Assembly: GCF_964355755.1 (NCBI RefSeq)
Contig: NC_092671.1
Coordinates: 6,324,001 to 6,388,000 of the forward strand
Length of the DNA stretch: 64,000 bases
Origin: Antedon mediterranea
Taxonomy: Eukaryota; Animalia; Echinodermata
Reading direction: 5' to 3'
Shown here: positions 12,134 to 25,100 of the stretch, piece by piece
How positions within the stretch are numbered: the first letter of the stretch is position 1
How the letters are laid out: every line of letters starts with the position of its first letter
Translations under genes and position numbers: made by a program
The notes under the pieces: generated by a model
What the model was told of the DNA's origin: nothing
Seen by the model: only the letters and a program-made list of their open reading frames with translations
Database searches by the model: none

Positions 12134-12416
12134 ACATTATTACAACTACTGTAGGCCTACATTATTACAACTACTGTAGGCCTACATTATTACAACTACT
12201 GTAGGCCTACATTATTACAACTACTGTAGGCCTACATTATTACAACTACTGTAGGCCTACATTATTACAACTACTGTAGGCCTACATTATTACAACTACT
12301 GTAGGCCTACATTATTACAACTACTGTAGGCCTACATTATTACAACTACTGTAGGCTTACATTATTACAACTACTGTAGGCTTACATTATTACAACTACT
12401 GTAGGCTTACATTATT
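12134..12416. repeat. 25-bp minisatellite, about 11 copies
   Basis: Unit ACATTATTACAACTACTGTAGGCCT; the last three copies carry GGCTT. Confidence 0.95.
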
Positions 12417-12777
12417 TGAAGAATTGTTGGTATAAGATGTTGAAATAAAATGCTTTAAATTGCCTAAAACGAACCAATTAGACTGTATTTATTGTCTTTT
12501 TGATTTTTTAAAATATTTTTGTCTGAAAATACAAGCAGTATATACGTATGAAATGCCATATGTGGCAAAATATCTTTTTACTAATATTAAGTCAAAACTT
12601 CGTCTGGAACACAGACTACGAATCTGAGCATTGACATCCGGGCGCTATTCGCTAAAAAATGATGAAGAAAAAACACATGCGTGTCACGTTCCATCGAAAA
12701 CGCCTTTTCGTTTGTTGTAGAATACAAAACAATTAACAGCAGAACAGAAACAACCTTTTATTGAATATTTTCTTGAA

Positions 12778-15700
12778 TTATTTCTGTGCGAGCTGCTTTT
12801 CCGGCGTTACTTTACGTCTTTTTCTTGGTTTCAACAGCAGACCGTGTATCGCGCAAATACATCCAACCAGAAAAGCTACAACTACAGCTGCGGTCAACGT
12901 TGTCATGATTAAGAGACCTGTTGTCCAAGAATGACCTGAAAATAAACGTTTCGCATTATTATGTTTTTGTGGAACAAATAGAGTACTAAAACCATGGGCC
13001 TATACTATAGATGAGTTGTGTCGTTTGTTATCATTTATAACCAGGCTCACACACTGGGTTGTAGATATATTAATAAAAAAAATATATATATATGTACTAT
13101 CAAAATTTTTGTAGTACCATTCTCACAGCTGACGGTGAATTTCATTCTTCACTTACCAGCAGTGTTCAGACTCTACTGACGGCGGATAGTTCGTGAATAG
13201 AATAGGCTGTTTCTGGTATAAGTTTTGTTTGTATCGAGAGAAAAAAACTGCCAATACGTTGCAAAGTTATGATGCAGACTGCTCATTTGTATCAAAGAAT
13301 GGCATATTTTAATATAGTGAAGATTGTTACTACAACCGCTAATGTAGAACAATCCACCGCTAAGGTAAAAACACCAACATCTTATTTAGTCAACGGAAAT
13401 TACCTCACAGCTAAGTAGCTGTTGACCGTTCTACATTAGTTGGTGTTGATTTTGTATTCACTACATAAGCGGTTGGTGTTTCTATATTATCTGGCGTTTT
13501 CTATACATTAGCGGTTGTAACAAGGATTATTGTTGGTGTTGGCAATCATCGAAACTTACTAGGCTTGAATTCTTCCGTCGTGGTTGCGATAGCCAGTGTG
13601 TCTGTGATGCCACTGCTACTAATATTAGTCTCGGTCATCATTCCTACAAACAAATTAGGCAACCGTTTAGATATTCTCTTTATTTTGATTTACTTACCTT
13701 ATTGCTCTTTAGTAATCACGATAGTGTACATGAACTTCACAAATCTTAATTCTATCATTTTAGTCTCCAATGAGCAACAAACTTGATTTTTTAAATTACA
13801 GATATGATTAACGTCTTTCGAGAAGTCTTATAATTCATTCATTCATTTAAAAACAATAACAATATACAAGAACAAGCACGAATGTGCGATACTCGGGGTA
13901 CAGCAAAAGAAGATGTAATGACGTCATAATGACGTCACAAGACAGGATGTAACGTTACATACACATCAATAACCTCGCTACCAAATACGGCTATATTCCG
14001 AAAAGTTACGTCACATAACCGGAAATGGCATAATTACGGTAAATTATGAAATTGTGATTTTTTGCTATTTCCGGGAGCAGAAGTGACGTCAAATAAATAG
14101 GTTTTACTGTATATATTCTTATTCTCTAAGTCAAGACCTTTCAAATGACACCAAACACGGCTATATTGCGACGAAAATCGTTTGGCACCAAGGTACCATC
14201 TTCGAGACGTCATATATGGCTGCATCGGGTTTAAAATAAACAAATCCGACTCTATAGCTTCGAGGACATGTCCCTGTAGTATACCCATACCAAATACCAA
14301 GCTCAATACTACAACGAGTAAGGGAGGAATAGTACTTTATAAATCGATTGGTACCATGTTTATGACTTCATAATTCTGCATCCGGTAAGTACGAACATTT
14401 TCTCTCTATAGCTTTGTTCAACTATTACCCTAGTATAGGCATGCCATGTTTCAGAGCCGTCAGACGACGCGTAAAGAACTAGTAGGACTTGAAAGTTGGC
14501 TCAATAGTGTCCAGATGGAAGAAGAGTAAGAGGAGAAGATGAGCCTAGAACCGGGGTCCCCCGAATAAAAATGTATGAGAACAAGATTACAAGCAATAAT
14601 ATACTAGAAATAGGAGTTAATCAATGATTAAGGAATCAGATGAAGTTGTTAACGCACTTACAAATAAACTTAAAGTTATTATGTCAGATGTTAGCTACCC
14701 CTTAACCAGTAGGATTACGTTAAGCCGGTCTGGGCGCATTACATATCCTCGCTGGAACACTGAACGCCTACGTAGATCCTTTCTCCCATCTGCTATGAGG
14801 CATTTTAATGTAATGTGGAAAAGATAAACGCAATAAGTATCTTAGCTGTATTTTTAACTCAATTTGTATTTTTTGTGCCCTCTTTTAACTTTTTATATGA
14901 CATCTTTTATGTGATTTTATTCTTTTTTACTGTTTGTGCGACAATGTTTTTAGACAATTTTAATGTGTGTACTTTCAGCAAAAGTTTCAAGCCATTCATG
15001 AGTTTGACAATAAAGTTTATTGAATTGAATTGAATTGAATTAAATCGAAGTTGGTCTTCTTTAAAGAAATGGAAGAAAATTATTTAGCATATTTATTAAA
15101 ACTCGTCTCGTCGGGCCTCGTTGTATAATGCTGTCTGAGCTGGCTTTTTTAAGACAAAGCTCTCGATTCAGATACAGATGAATCCACATTTCATTACGTT
15201 TTTTACAGTTTTGGAACTGCGTATAATGTTTATTGTTGAACATCTTTGGAAAATCATTGCTAACTTATCACAGCAATTAGTATTTGAATGATTTATTTTA
15301 ATCTCTGTCCACACTATCCAACTTTATGTGACAACAAAATGTGATGTTTCCATATATGGACACGATGATGTCCTATCACTACCATATTTGGGCACATCAC
15401 ACTATTTTTGTCAAACTAGTTGTCAAACTAGTTTGATAGTGTAGACAGAGCTTTACGATACGATACTTACCTTGTGTATTTTCCTCGACTGTGTATTGAA
15501 TAACCGGGTTTGCCGTTTCACGATAAACTGTGTCGGTTGTTATAACTTGTAAATAATAAGAATATCAAAATTATATTTAATTCGTCACCAATTGCATATT
15601 TTTTGCCAATTAATATAGTTGAATTAAAAATAATTAATTGGTTAATCTAATATACGCGTCTGGAAGGTCATAAATCATATTTATAATTAGAATATTATAT

Positions 15701-17882
15701 ATAATTAATCTGTTGTAGTTTTCTTCGTAAATGTGACCTATTGACACATTTATGCTAGTTGATCGTCACTTAAAATCATTTGCTGTCGAATTTATCCTGA
15801 AACATATTAGTAGAGTAGAAATAGTATAACATAACCCAGTACTGCAGACTAGAAACGTTTGAATGTTTATGGCCACCATAAAGACATTCAAATGAAGATT
15901 AACGACGTTTTTGCGATTAAAGATATATTGTCCCCACATTTTTTGTTGAATATTGAATATGCCATTTTAAAGTCACTTAATAGTTATTCACTATTTTTCA
16001 AATTATTTACCGTGAAAAAATGTAATTTAAAGCAAAAAATACTGTTTATAATTAAGTGAAATGGTTATTTTTTGTTTTTTTTACAGAAGAGAATAACTTT
16101 ATTAAAACTGAAAATGGTCTACAGTATTTAAAGTCTGATTTCATTAATCTTTATTTTTCATGTTTTTTGGGAACAATACATCTTTAAAAGAAATACAGGC
16201 CTACACTTGGGTTAATTTTGTTGAATATTACTCGGATTTTACTCAATAGGCACACGCTTTCAATATATATAAAAACTCAATTTATACCCTAGTGTCATTG
16301 AGATAATGATTACGTCAGCTTACACAGAAAGGTCATGTTTTGTTTTTCTTTCTCTTTATACATTATTTTTACAGTTTGTGGTGTAATTTAATTTTACCTT
16401 CATCCCTCGATAGCGCTGTCAAGTGTTCGCCGTTGGTTTCAGTGGTATAAGAATCGGATGAAGTAGTTTGATCCAATCTTCTAATCTCTGTTGTGCTTCT
16501 CTTTTCAGTAAAACTTTCATCAAGTATAGCCGTTGTTTCAAATTCAATCAAATCCGTTGGAGTGGGGTTACCAGATTCTCCAGCCGGATTATGTTGAGGA
16601 GATGAAAACACATCAGATGTAATTGGTACGGTAATTGGATTTTCAATCATATCATTTGTTGGTGGGGTATGGTAATTTAGATTTTGCATTAGTCCCATAT
16701 AGAGTGATCTATAATGACCACAGTCAGCAAGTATGTGTGCACAGTCTGTACAATTCTCAAATATTCTTTGGTCTCGTTCCCACTGCCAAATGCAACGATT
16801 TAGTACACAATTTGCCTCAAGATTCTGAGTTTCATTACCAACCTCCACCGTGCATTCACTTCCAAATTCTTAACAAACAAATGTATACAATCAATTACAA
16901 TAATAAGTGTTGTAAAAAATCTCTATAAAGCCAAAATAAATTGATACTGCGCACAATAATTTTGCAATTGAAATATCAACCGATAGGATCCACCAATCAG
17001 TTTTTTTAGCGCGGCTGGCGTTCCATAGATTTTCCTCTTTCTATCCATACGCCAGCCATAACCGAAATAAATTCAGTTTAGCATGTTATAGTTTATTTCA
17101 TAGTTAAGATTAATTCGTTCAACATCAATTCCAATAGCGCACAATTGGTTTTTTTTTCTAATAGTTTTCATAACATTTCAGAATCATAATAGCATTAATT
17201 CTCGCTTTAACATAATGGATACATTTCTAAATAACATTTTCTAGTTTTATTGATTTTCTTACCTATTTTGCATCCTGAAATTGGTATCCCCACGTCATAC
17301 CAAAAGTACTTCAAAGTGTTTGTTAATTGAAATTCCCTTATTATGCTCCCATTCATATTTTGAACTTTAATAACTTCATTATCCATATATGAAATTGTAA
17401 CGTTTTCAGCTGTAACATTTGTTGTTGTGTTAAACTGCCCATTATCTGAACATTTAAATTCATACACCATTGAATCAAGTCTTCTTATTTGAATGTCAAA
17501 TACAGTCTCTTTTGTAAAATCTAACGTAAAGAATAAGTGCAACAGATAACTTGTGTCAATTGTAGCCAAATCCACGTCAATCCTAAAGTATGTATTCGAC
17601 GGCAAATGAATTACGCTGTAGTTACGGTTGTCAATTCCACATTCTACAGGTATATCTGTTAAAATAATACAAACAGTTTACAATTACAATAAATTCGGTA
17701 ATAGAAAGTTAAGGAGGAAACACAGGTTGACTTTAAGATTTAAGTAAGATATTAGGTTATTCAGTTGTTATTTTGTTAATATAGTAATTCAAATATAAAC
17801 AATTTTTACCTTTTGCTTCAGTATTGAAAAGGCCATTAATTAGGTTAAGAAAAACAACCCACCAAATCGCTTTCGTCACCAT
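12778..17882 (-). CDS. Gene B: uncharacterised type I membrane glycoprotein (~417 aa), paralogue of gene A
   Basis: Exons 17882-17810 (signal MVTKAIWWVVFLNLINGLFNTEAK), 17655-17263 (CGIDN...KYFWYDV...GCKI), 16868-16398 (6-Cys module and stalk), 15545-15471, 13643-13560 and 12935-12778 (SWTTGLLIMTTLTAAVVVAFLVGCICAIHGLLLKPRKRRKV...*). All phase 1, total 1254 nt. Probable 5' UTR exon ending at 18771. Confidence 0.85.
13871..14570 (+). mobile_element. Probable Helentron-associated non-autonomous element (intron of gene B)
   Basis: Starts AACAAG, has repeated TGACGTCA motifs and a GAAGA-rich microsatellite, and ends with a CGGGGTCCCCCG hairpin before an A-run. Confidence 0.45.
14600..15041 (+). 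mobile_element. LINE 3' fragment (CR1/Rex1-like) with (TTGAA)n tail
   Basis: YPL...RSGR...NTERLRRSFLPSAMR motif, followed by a 3' UTR, AATAAA and TTGAA repeats. Confidence 0.7.
15301..15452. mobile_element. MITE family AGCTCTGTCTACAC copy
   Basis: CTCTGTCCACACTATC ... GATAGTGTAGACAGAGCT. Confidence 0.8.
15921..16183 (+). mobile_element. Kolobok-like MITE, AGATGTATTGTCCCC family
   Basis: TTAA|AGATATATTGTCCCC ... GGGAACAATACATCT|TTAA. Confidence 0.8.
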
Positions 17883-17949
17883 TATCTGTGTAATGCAAAG
17901 TTGATTCGATATTAAAAATAATTATGTTAAATTTACATACTAATAATTC

Positions 17950-18370
17950 AACATTTATTAGTTTCTATCAATGGTATAACAATACAATAAAAAAGAATGA
18001 TAATTTATAATGAGACAATACAAAAAAAAACCATTAATAGAGGATCTTGCAAGAAGAGATTACTTGTCACGCAAGACCCATAAACAAAAGAAAAAAATAC
18101 ATTTGTATATAATTATTAAATAAAATAAAAAAGTCATGACAAAAACAGTTTGAAGGTCTAGTTTGAGTAAAATGATAATAAATGACTTTTAAGTTTTTTT
18201 ACGAAAAGTTGTGAGAGAGAAAGAGTTAACAATACTAGTATCTAATTGATTCCAAATTAGAGGGTTAGAAACATAAATAATCTGGGAAGAACTAGTTAAT
18301 CTTACAAAAGGAATAGTTAACTGAAACTTATGAACAGTACTTCTTAAATTATTATGAGACATTAAATTGC
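17950..18370 (-). mobile_element. Degraded LINE (CR1/L2) 3' fragment
   Basis: The minus frame reads ...NPLIWNQLD...SLTTFRKKLKSHLL, a typical ORF2 end. Confidence 0.55.
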
Positions 18371-19704
18371 CCTAGGCCTATGCAAAAACTGAGTCGGACA
18401 ATACATCTTTAATATGTTTTCTTTTTTTCTTGTGTATATTTCATTGCAGAACCATATTGAAAAATAAACATTTTGTGATCTTTTCTTTTCTGAATTATGT
18501 TATCCTGCCTAAATATGTTTAAATAAATAAAATAAATAAATAAATAAATTTAATATAAACCAAATCACGCACAAAAATGTCGGGTCAAAGTATGAAGACA
18601 TCGAGTTTTGATTTGAAATCTTTACTAATTATTTACTCTTTCGGTGTGTTCCGTATATTATAGAGAGTTTGCTTCTTTCCAATTACAAATCTTTACAGTA
18701 ATTCACGAAAAATGTTATTGATACAATAACAGAACCTATATTATTATGTATCCTTAAAAATAATACTTACATTTTGTTAGGTGGACACATAATAGGTACA
18801 TACTCCATTAAAGATCAGTGTGATGTGTTATAGTCGATGGTGATGATTGTGTTATATGCTATCAAGAGCGACTGTAAAAAAGTAGTTATTTATAATTGCT
18901 CCATATACTTGATTGTTACCGTGCGGAAGTTAGCTGCAACGTAACAATAATCTCAATATCGATTATCAATTTAAAGAATAAGCATTTAATAAACATGACC
19001 AATACCATGTGTTATTTTGTAATCAGTAAGGTTATATGAGGACTTATAAATTAATTGGTTGCATAGAGACTCACTTTATTACTCAATTGTTGATTGTTGA
19101 TCTATTTATAGTCTTAAGAAAAGTTATGGTGAATTGTTTGGATTTCAATAGCAGTACTTTTAGCAAAGAAATTTCTAATTATCCAAAATTGGAATAGACG
19201 GGTTTCTGATTTCAACCTGAAAGATCCGCGATATTATTAATATGCTTCGTGACCGAGAACACTGATTAAAATATAAAAAAGGTAATAATAAATATTAGGA
19301 GTGTGCATTTTTATTTCTGTCATTTCAAGAAAATCTGTTTTCATACAAAAAATGAATGAAATGAGCTTTTGTTTTTTAGTAAGTCAATGTAAACTGTTAT
19401 CTATATTGTTAAGCAACTTTCGTTAATTACTTACTGTTTATTCTATGGATATGAAGTCTGAAAAAAGAGAAATGAAATGAATAGAATGTTGAAATGATTA
19501 GTACCGTACTGTGCAGATTTACCGGCATACCCGGATGTATCTTTCGTCACTGTCAGCTTGCGATCCCAAAGACAGGATATATCTTATACTGTAGGCCTTC
19601 ATGTAATCGGAGAGTTTGTTTTGCTGTGGCAGCTTCAGCATTTTGGAACTACCCACCAATTTCAATGCGACTCTTTTAATAAGACCCAACAGAATATTTT
19701 TAAG

Positions 19705-20110
19705 TTTTCAAAAAAGCGTTTTCATTAAATCTAACAATTTTACAATTTCATGTTACTTCAATAGAGAGCCTGTTTATATGCGACATTTAAGTAGGGCCTA
19801 TTAATAATTATGTCAATGGTATTAGATAGAATATTACAGGGTCACACTTGAAAATATATTAAAGAATTCTGTTATTAATGGTTTGATGTCTTTAATACTC
19901 AACAGCATATTTTTCTTTTCAAAAAAGCATTTTCATTAAATCAAACAATTTTGCAATTTCCTGTTACTTCAATAGAGAGCCTGTTTAAATGCGACATGTT
20001 TAAGTATTTATTAATGATGTCTATATGACGGTGTATTAGATGGAATATTACAATGATTATATTGTCACACGTGAAAATATCTTAAAGAATTCCGTTATTA
20101 ATGGTTTCAT
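19705..20110. repeat. Local direct duplication of about 200 bp
   Basis: TTTTCAAAAAAGC.TTTTCATTAAATC...GTTACTTCAATAGAGAGCCTGTTTA...TTAAAGAATTC.GTTATTAATGGTTT occurs at ~19705 and ~19916. Confidence 0.8.
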
Positions 20111-22148
20111 ATCTTATTATTGAAGTCAAACACACATCACATGATGATTTTAAATTGTAAATTGAGTTTTAAATAAAAAATAAATAATACAGATAAAATA
20201 CAAAAAGGAAGGAAAACCAACCCCAAGTTAAATCCACTGTTTACTTTGAAATAATAGTTGTATACATGTATAAATAAAATAATAATATGCTATAGTATTG
20301 TCAACTTTCTATATTTATTTTATTGCCAATAGGCCTAGTTATTTATGGCCAGAGGCCTACGCACAAATAAAATGGATTTGAATTATAATTATTATATATA
20401 TTATAATTATAAATAATATTTTATTTTAGATTATCAAACTGAATTTAATGGATTATTGTAGGCCTAAAACTAATTATTTTTTTATTAACTTATCCTGTTA
20501 CCGTGACAATACAGTGTAATTTTATATTCGAATAAAAGAATATTAATAATGATCATATTGGTACTGTGAGCGATGCATTTTGATATTTTATAATCTTTTT
20601 TATTGTCAATTTAGACATAATGAATATGTAGCCTATGGTGTAACAATTAAGTTACATTATCATATAAATTGAATGCATTTTGTAGAATCTTAATATTGTT
20701 TCACAATCGATTTGGTTTCCATGACAATAGTGTGGGCCTACATAGGCCTACAAATCGCACTGGTGATACTATTTGACATTATCTAATCTATTTTATTATC
20801 ATTGATTATATATTAGGCATAATGTAGGTTATGAATTATTGTTAATATTTTATATTACATTATCAACATTAAACGTTTGTAACGCGACAGCCCCGGTTGC
20901 AGGGAATATTAATTTACTAAGCACATATAACAACCCGTTAGGTGCCGTATTGCTCTGTTTCTATATGCCTACACACGTTGTAGGTTAATTAATATATAAA
21001 TACAATTAAAATACAATGAATTCAAAGTTATTTAAAACGGTTACAACAAATATGTAAAAACTCCAGAAACTAATCAAAACCAACAAATTTGAGTTTACAT
21101 CCTATCGTTTTCCATTTCGAATAAGCTGACCTCCCGGATTTCTTGACAAACTACAGTAAGTATTTATTTATTAGGAGAGTTGATATATAACTGTTTTGTG
21201 TTTTCTCAATAAGCAGTATTTACAATTTCATTTTCTTTTTACTAGGCCTACTTCCTATTTTTTTTATCAGTCACTTTTTTATAACCATAATTATTTTTTC
21301 GTATTCTGTTTTGCAACCACCACCACCACCACCACCACAGGTCTATTGCATGCATGACTTTCTCTAAACGTATTGAAGAGTCTCAGTCTGATTATCTATC
21401 TTTATATAACCATGGAGAAATAACTCCATGATATAACATACATCGGGGTTGTTAAACACGTAGCGCAGAAAGCAGCGCCACCAATACCCATGTCACGATC
21501 ATCATCGACCGCTTTCAGTTTTGCTTTTGGAAAAAAATATTTGAGCGCCCTCTATCCACTGCACACAATAGGCGTGAGAACAAAACATTTTATGCTCCGG
21601 TGATCATACTGCACCTCCGCCCATAATGAATGAAAACCACAAAAGCGTTCAATATTAAACTGTGGGTTAACAATAATAAAACGTACACAAAAATACAACG
21701 CTAAAGAATCAACACAAAAACTTCTATGGACTGTGACTATATTATATCTTCACAACAGCAGACATTGAAGAAGGTGTGAATGAATTCTACTATGTTATTC
21801 ATGTGCTGCTTAATTTTGAGTACTGTAACTACTACTACTAGTATCTACGTTAATATGTAGGTTGTGTAACGGATAACCACGGTAACTAATCGAATATTTA
21901 CGGTATTATTGGTGATATATTTCGCAAGCGACAGGTGAATGTGGACAAAGTCATAACGCGTTAGCAATATGTGTAAACAGTTGAGTTATGTGCTAACATT
22001 TTGATTCTATAGCATAAATGTTGTTTCATGAATCATGTACGATATTAATAGGGCTATGTATCTTCGCTGTGCGAAAACCGCATTATTATGATGAAAACGT
22101 AGGCCAGAACCTGAGAAATGCAATACGGATTCTTTCTTTCATCTAGAA

Positions 22149-25100
22149 ATGAGGACAGGCAATTTTTATGTTACAGGGCTTATTCAAGTGGCTATGTTTG
22201 TTACTGCAGCAACATACCCTTCTGGGGCACCCGAAGATGCCTGTAGTAAAATGTCTCCTAATAAGGGTCATAACAATTCAAAACAGACATCAGCAAGTCC
22301 TTATACAATCTCGATGTCTTCCGCGTATTATTCACCTGGTCAAATAATTACAGGTAAAACATTGTATTTAGTATGTTTTGTAAAGGTATATGGTTATTTT
22401 CATTACACAGTATTTTGTTTGTAATATTCAATAACATATCAGTTCAATTAATTGGTTAAGCCTAGTATCATGTTTTAGAGTAGGGCTTGTTAGTAATTAG
22501 GCCTATTAAATAGCATTATTACGTACTTTTCATCAAAATTAATGTACCTCATTGTTGTGCTATGTCAACATAATGTCAATGACGGCGAAATGTCCCCAAT
22601 AATGGAGATAGCTATGCAAACAAGTAAGTAAGTATATATCTAATATTCAACTTGCTATCATTATCTGTAGGCCTAAGTTGTAATAAAACGTAGCACACAA
22701 TAATCTTACAATGCCTTTATAGTACAATAGAAAAATAGAATATTCTTTGATGAATCAGAACAGGTTTTGATTTAGGATTGTACACCCACACAAAGGTAGC
22801 ACAATACTAACATTATTATTCATATTTATTGCAGTTACAATAAGTGGGACCGATTATTTTAAAGGTGTAATGCTACAGGCCAGATCAACCGGTACAGAAA
22901 ACTCCATTTTACAAGGAAGTTTCAGTCGATTGCCGGAGACGCTTCAATACCTTACGTGCAATAATATATCCAATTCTACAGTTACTCACACAAATGCTAG
23001 CGATAAGCAACGCATTGAAGTAGATTGGGTTGCTCCTCAAGAATTTATTGGAAAAATTAAATTCTAGTAAGTTTAAGTGTTTTTTTTGGTGGAAACATCA
23101 TCATAAACGTTCTTGTTAACATTGTCAACATTCTCATAAACATCGGCATCTTGGCATTCTCTGAATAATAGTCACTCATCATCATCATCATGATTGATAC
23201 CACCATCATCATCATCATTTCATACAATATTTTTAGTTGTTCAATATTGAAAAATAATATTATTTGTATTGCTTTACTTTTAAGTGCAACAATTGTAAAA
23301 AATATATCAATATATTGGGTAGGACAGAAATCGGACGCCCTGAAGGAACAGGTTGTTGAATCGACAGACGAACCATACGTAACGTCAATATTAACTGAAA
23401 CATTTGAACCGGTTAGTCCTACTGTTCATATCACAACCGAAGATGATTTAATAGAAGAAGAAACAGTTACACCAGTTGATTTGAATAATTCGACTCTAGG
23501 ATATACAGACTATTTATTAAACATTACAAATAGAACGTTACCGCCGTCAGAATCTATGAATACGACAACTACTACGTATTCTATAGAATCTTCAAACATT
23601 ACTGAAAATACAACATTACCAAATGTCACGATTTCAACAACGATTATAACCGAGAAGCCAGATACTACGTCTGATTACTTCGAGGATCTCTTTACATATG
23701 TACCGGTACATCAAGAAACCCAAACGCAGGTAACTACTGCTAAAGAAATACCCTTTACATCGACCAAAAACGACTCTGAAGTCATTCCTACAAATCTTTC
23801 AGTGACTAGGTCTACGTTCAATAGAACTGTTACATTTTCAACTCAGTCTACCGAACAGACAAACTATAATCTCTCTGAGACAAGTCTTCCCCCTACTACT
23901 AGTGTGCAAGAAAAAATAACTTTTGAAGGTAATAGGCCTACAACAGAAATAACCACAGAAGTGATGCAATCTTTAGAAACAACAACTACAGTAGAATTAG
24001 AAGATTCAATAACTGAGGTTGTATCAGACTCAACGCTTTATGATGGTAAATATTATTCCCAGACAACAACTCCTCCTATAGCAACGGCAACGATCACCGC
24101 CGACATTGAGATTCACTCCGGAAATGCCAATACCATGGTAACCAATCTTGTAGGTGAGTTGCACCTGTCGAAAGATAAGCTTGATATTTAGAATTTTTAT
24201 TGCGCATTTGAATTGTAAAAATGGTAATTATAATAAACAAATTTGCCTAATTTGTTTTAACCTTTGTAAGATCAGAGCTTGCTTAATACCCCACCCTCGC
24301 TTTTCAAATACATCTCAACGGTTGAAATCCAACAATACGTATTTTGTCGGCCATTTTAAAATGATAATATCCTTTTAATTTAATTCGATTGTCTGTAATA
24401 TTGGAATTTGCGATCTGTATCTTGTTGTTACGTCAATTATTATCATGCTAAACATTTTCAGTTACAATCATTGATCGAAGTTATCTGCTGGTTTCTTGTT
24501 AGGATAATTGTTTGCAATCATCGTTATATTTCCTGTAATCAAGTATAATAATACGTATAGGATATTGAAAATTAATAAGTTTCTTTTTTTTTCATTTTTC
24601 AGATACTTCCGTAGTTTTTAAAATGACTATTACAAGTCTAGAATTCACAGATTCGTTGAATGACCCAACATCAAATGAATTCACGGAGTTAGCTGATAAT
24701 TTACAAACAACGGTGAATATTATTTTATAATTACAAGTTTGAATCACAATAAGTGTGTAAAGCTCTGTTTACACTATCAAACTTTAAGTAACACAAAAAT
24801 GTGATTTGCCTATATATGGTAGTGATATGGTCAAATATTTGGACACATCGCATTTTTTGACACATAAAGTTTGATAGTGTAGACAAATCTTAAGATCTTG
24901 ACGTAGGGGATCATCATATCTTCCGGCTAAACGTTACAGGCCCCTCATTATTACAGTCGTAACGTAATGCATATTTGTCTGATCTTATGACCGTATTATT
25001 CACAAATCATTCTTATGCGAGATATTTCCCATATGAGTATTTCAATTTCAAGTATATTGAACATTGTGCATTTAAATTCTTAAAAATATATGATTTTTTT

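Noticed and set aside
12134-12416. CRISPR-like appearance of short repeat arrays (also 27788-28190 and 48250-49620)
   Set aside because: Units are contiguous with no unique spacers, there are no cas genes, and the context is eukaryotic.
13157-13212. Possible extra exon of gene B (good minus-strand donor at 13156)
   Set aside because: The phase-1 reading hits TGA before the donor, and the other frames do not fit the flanking exons.
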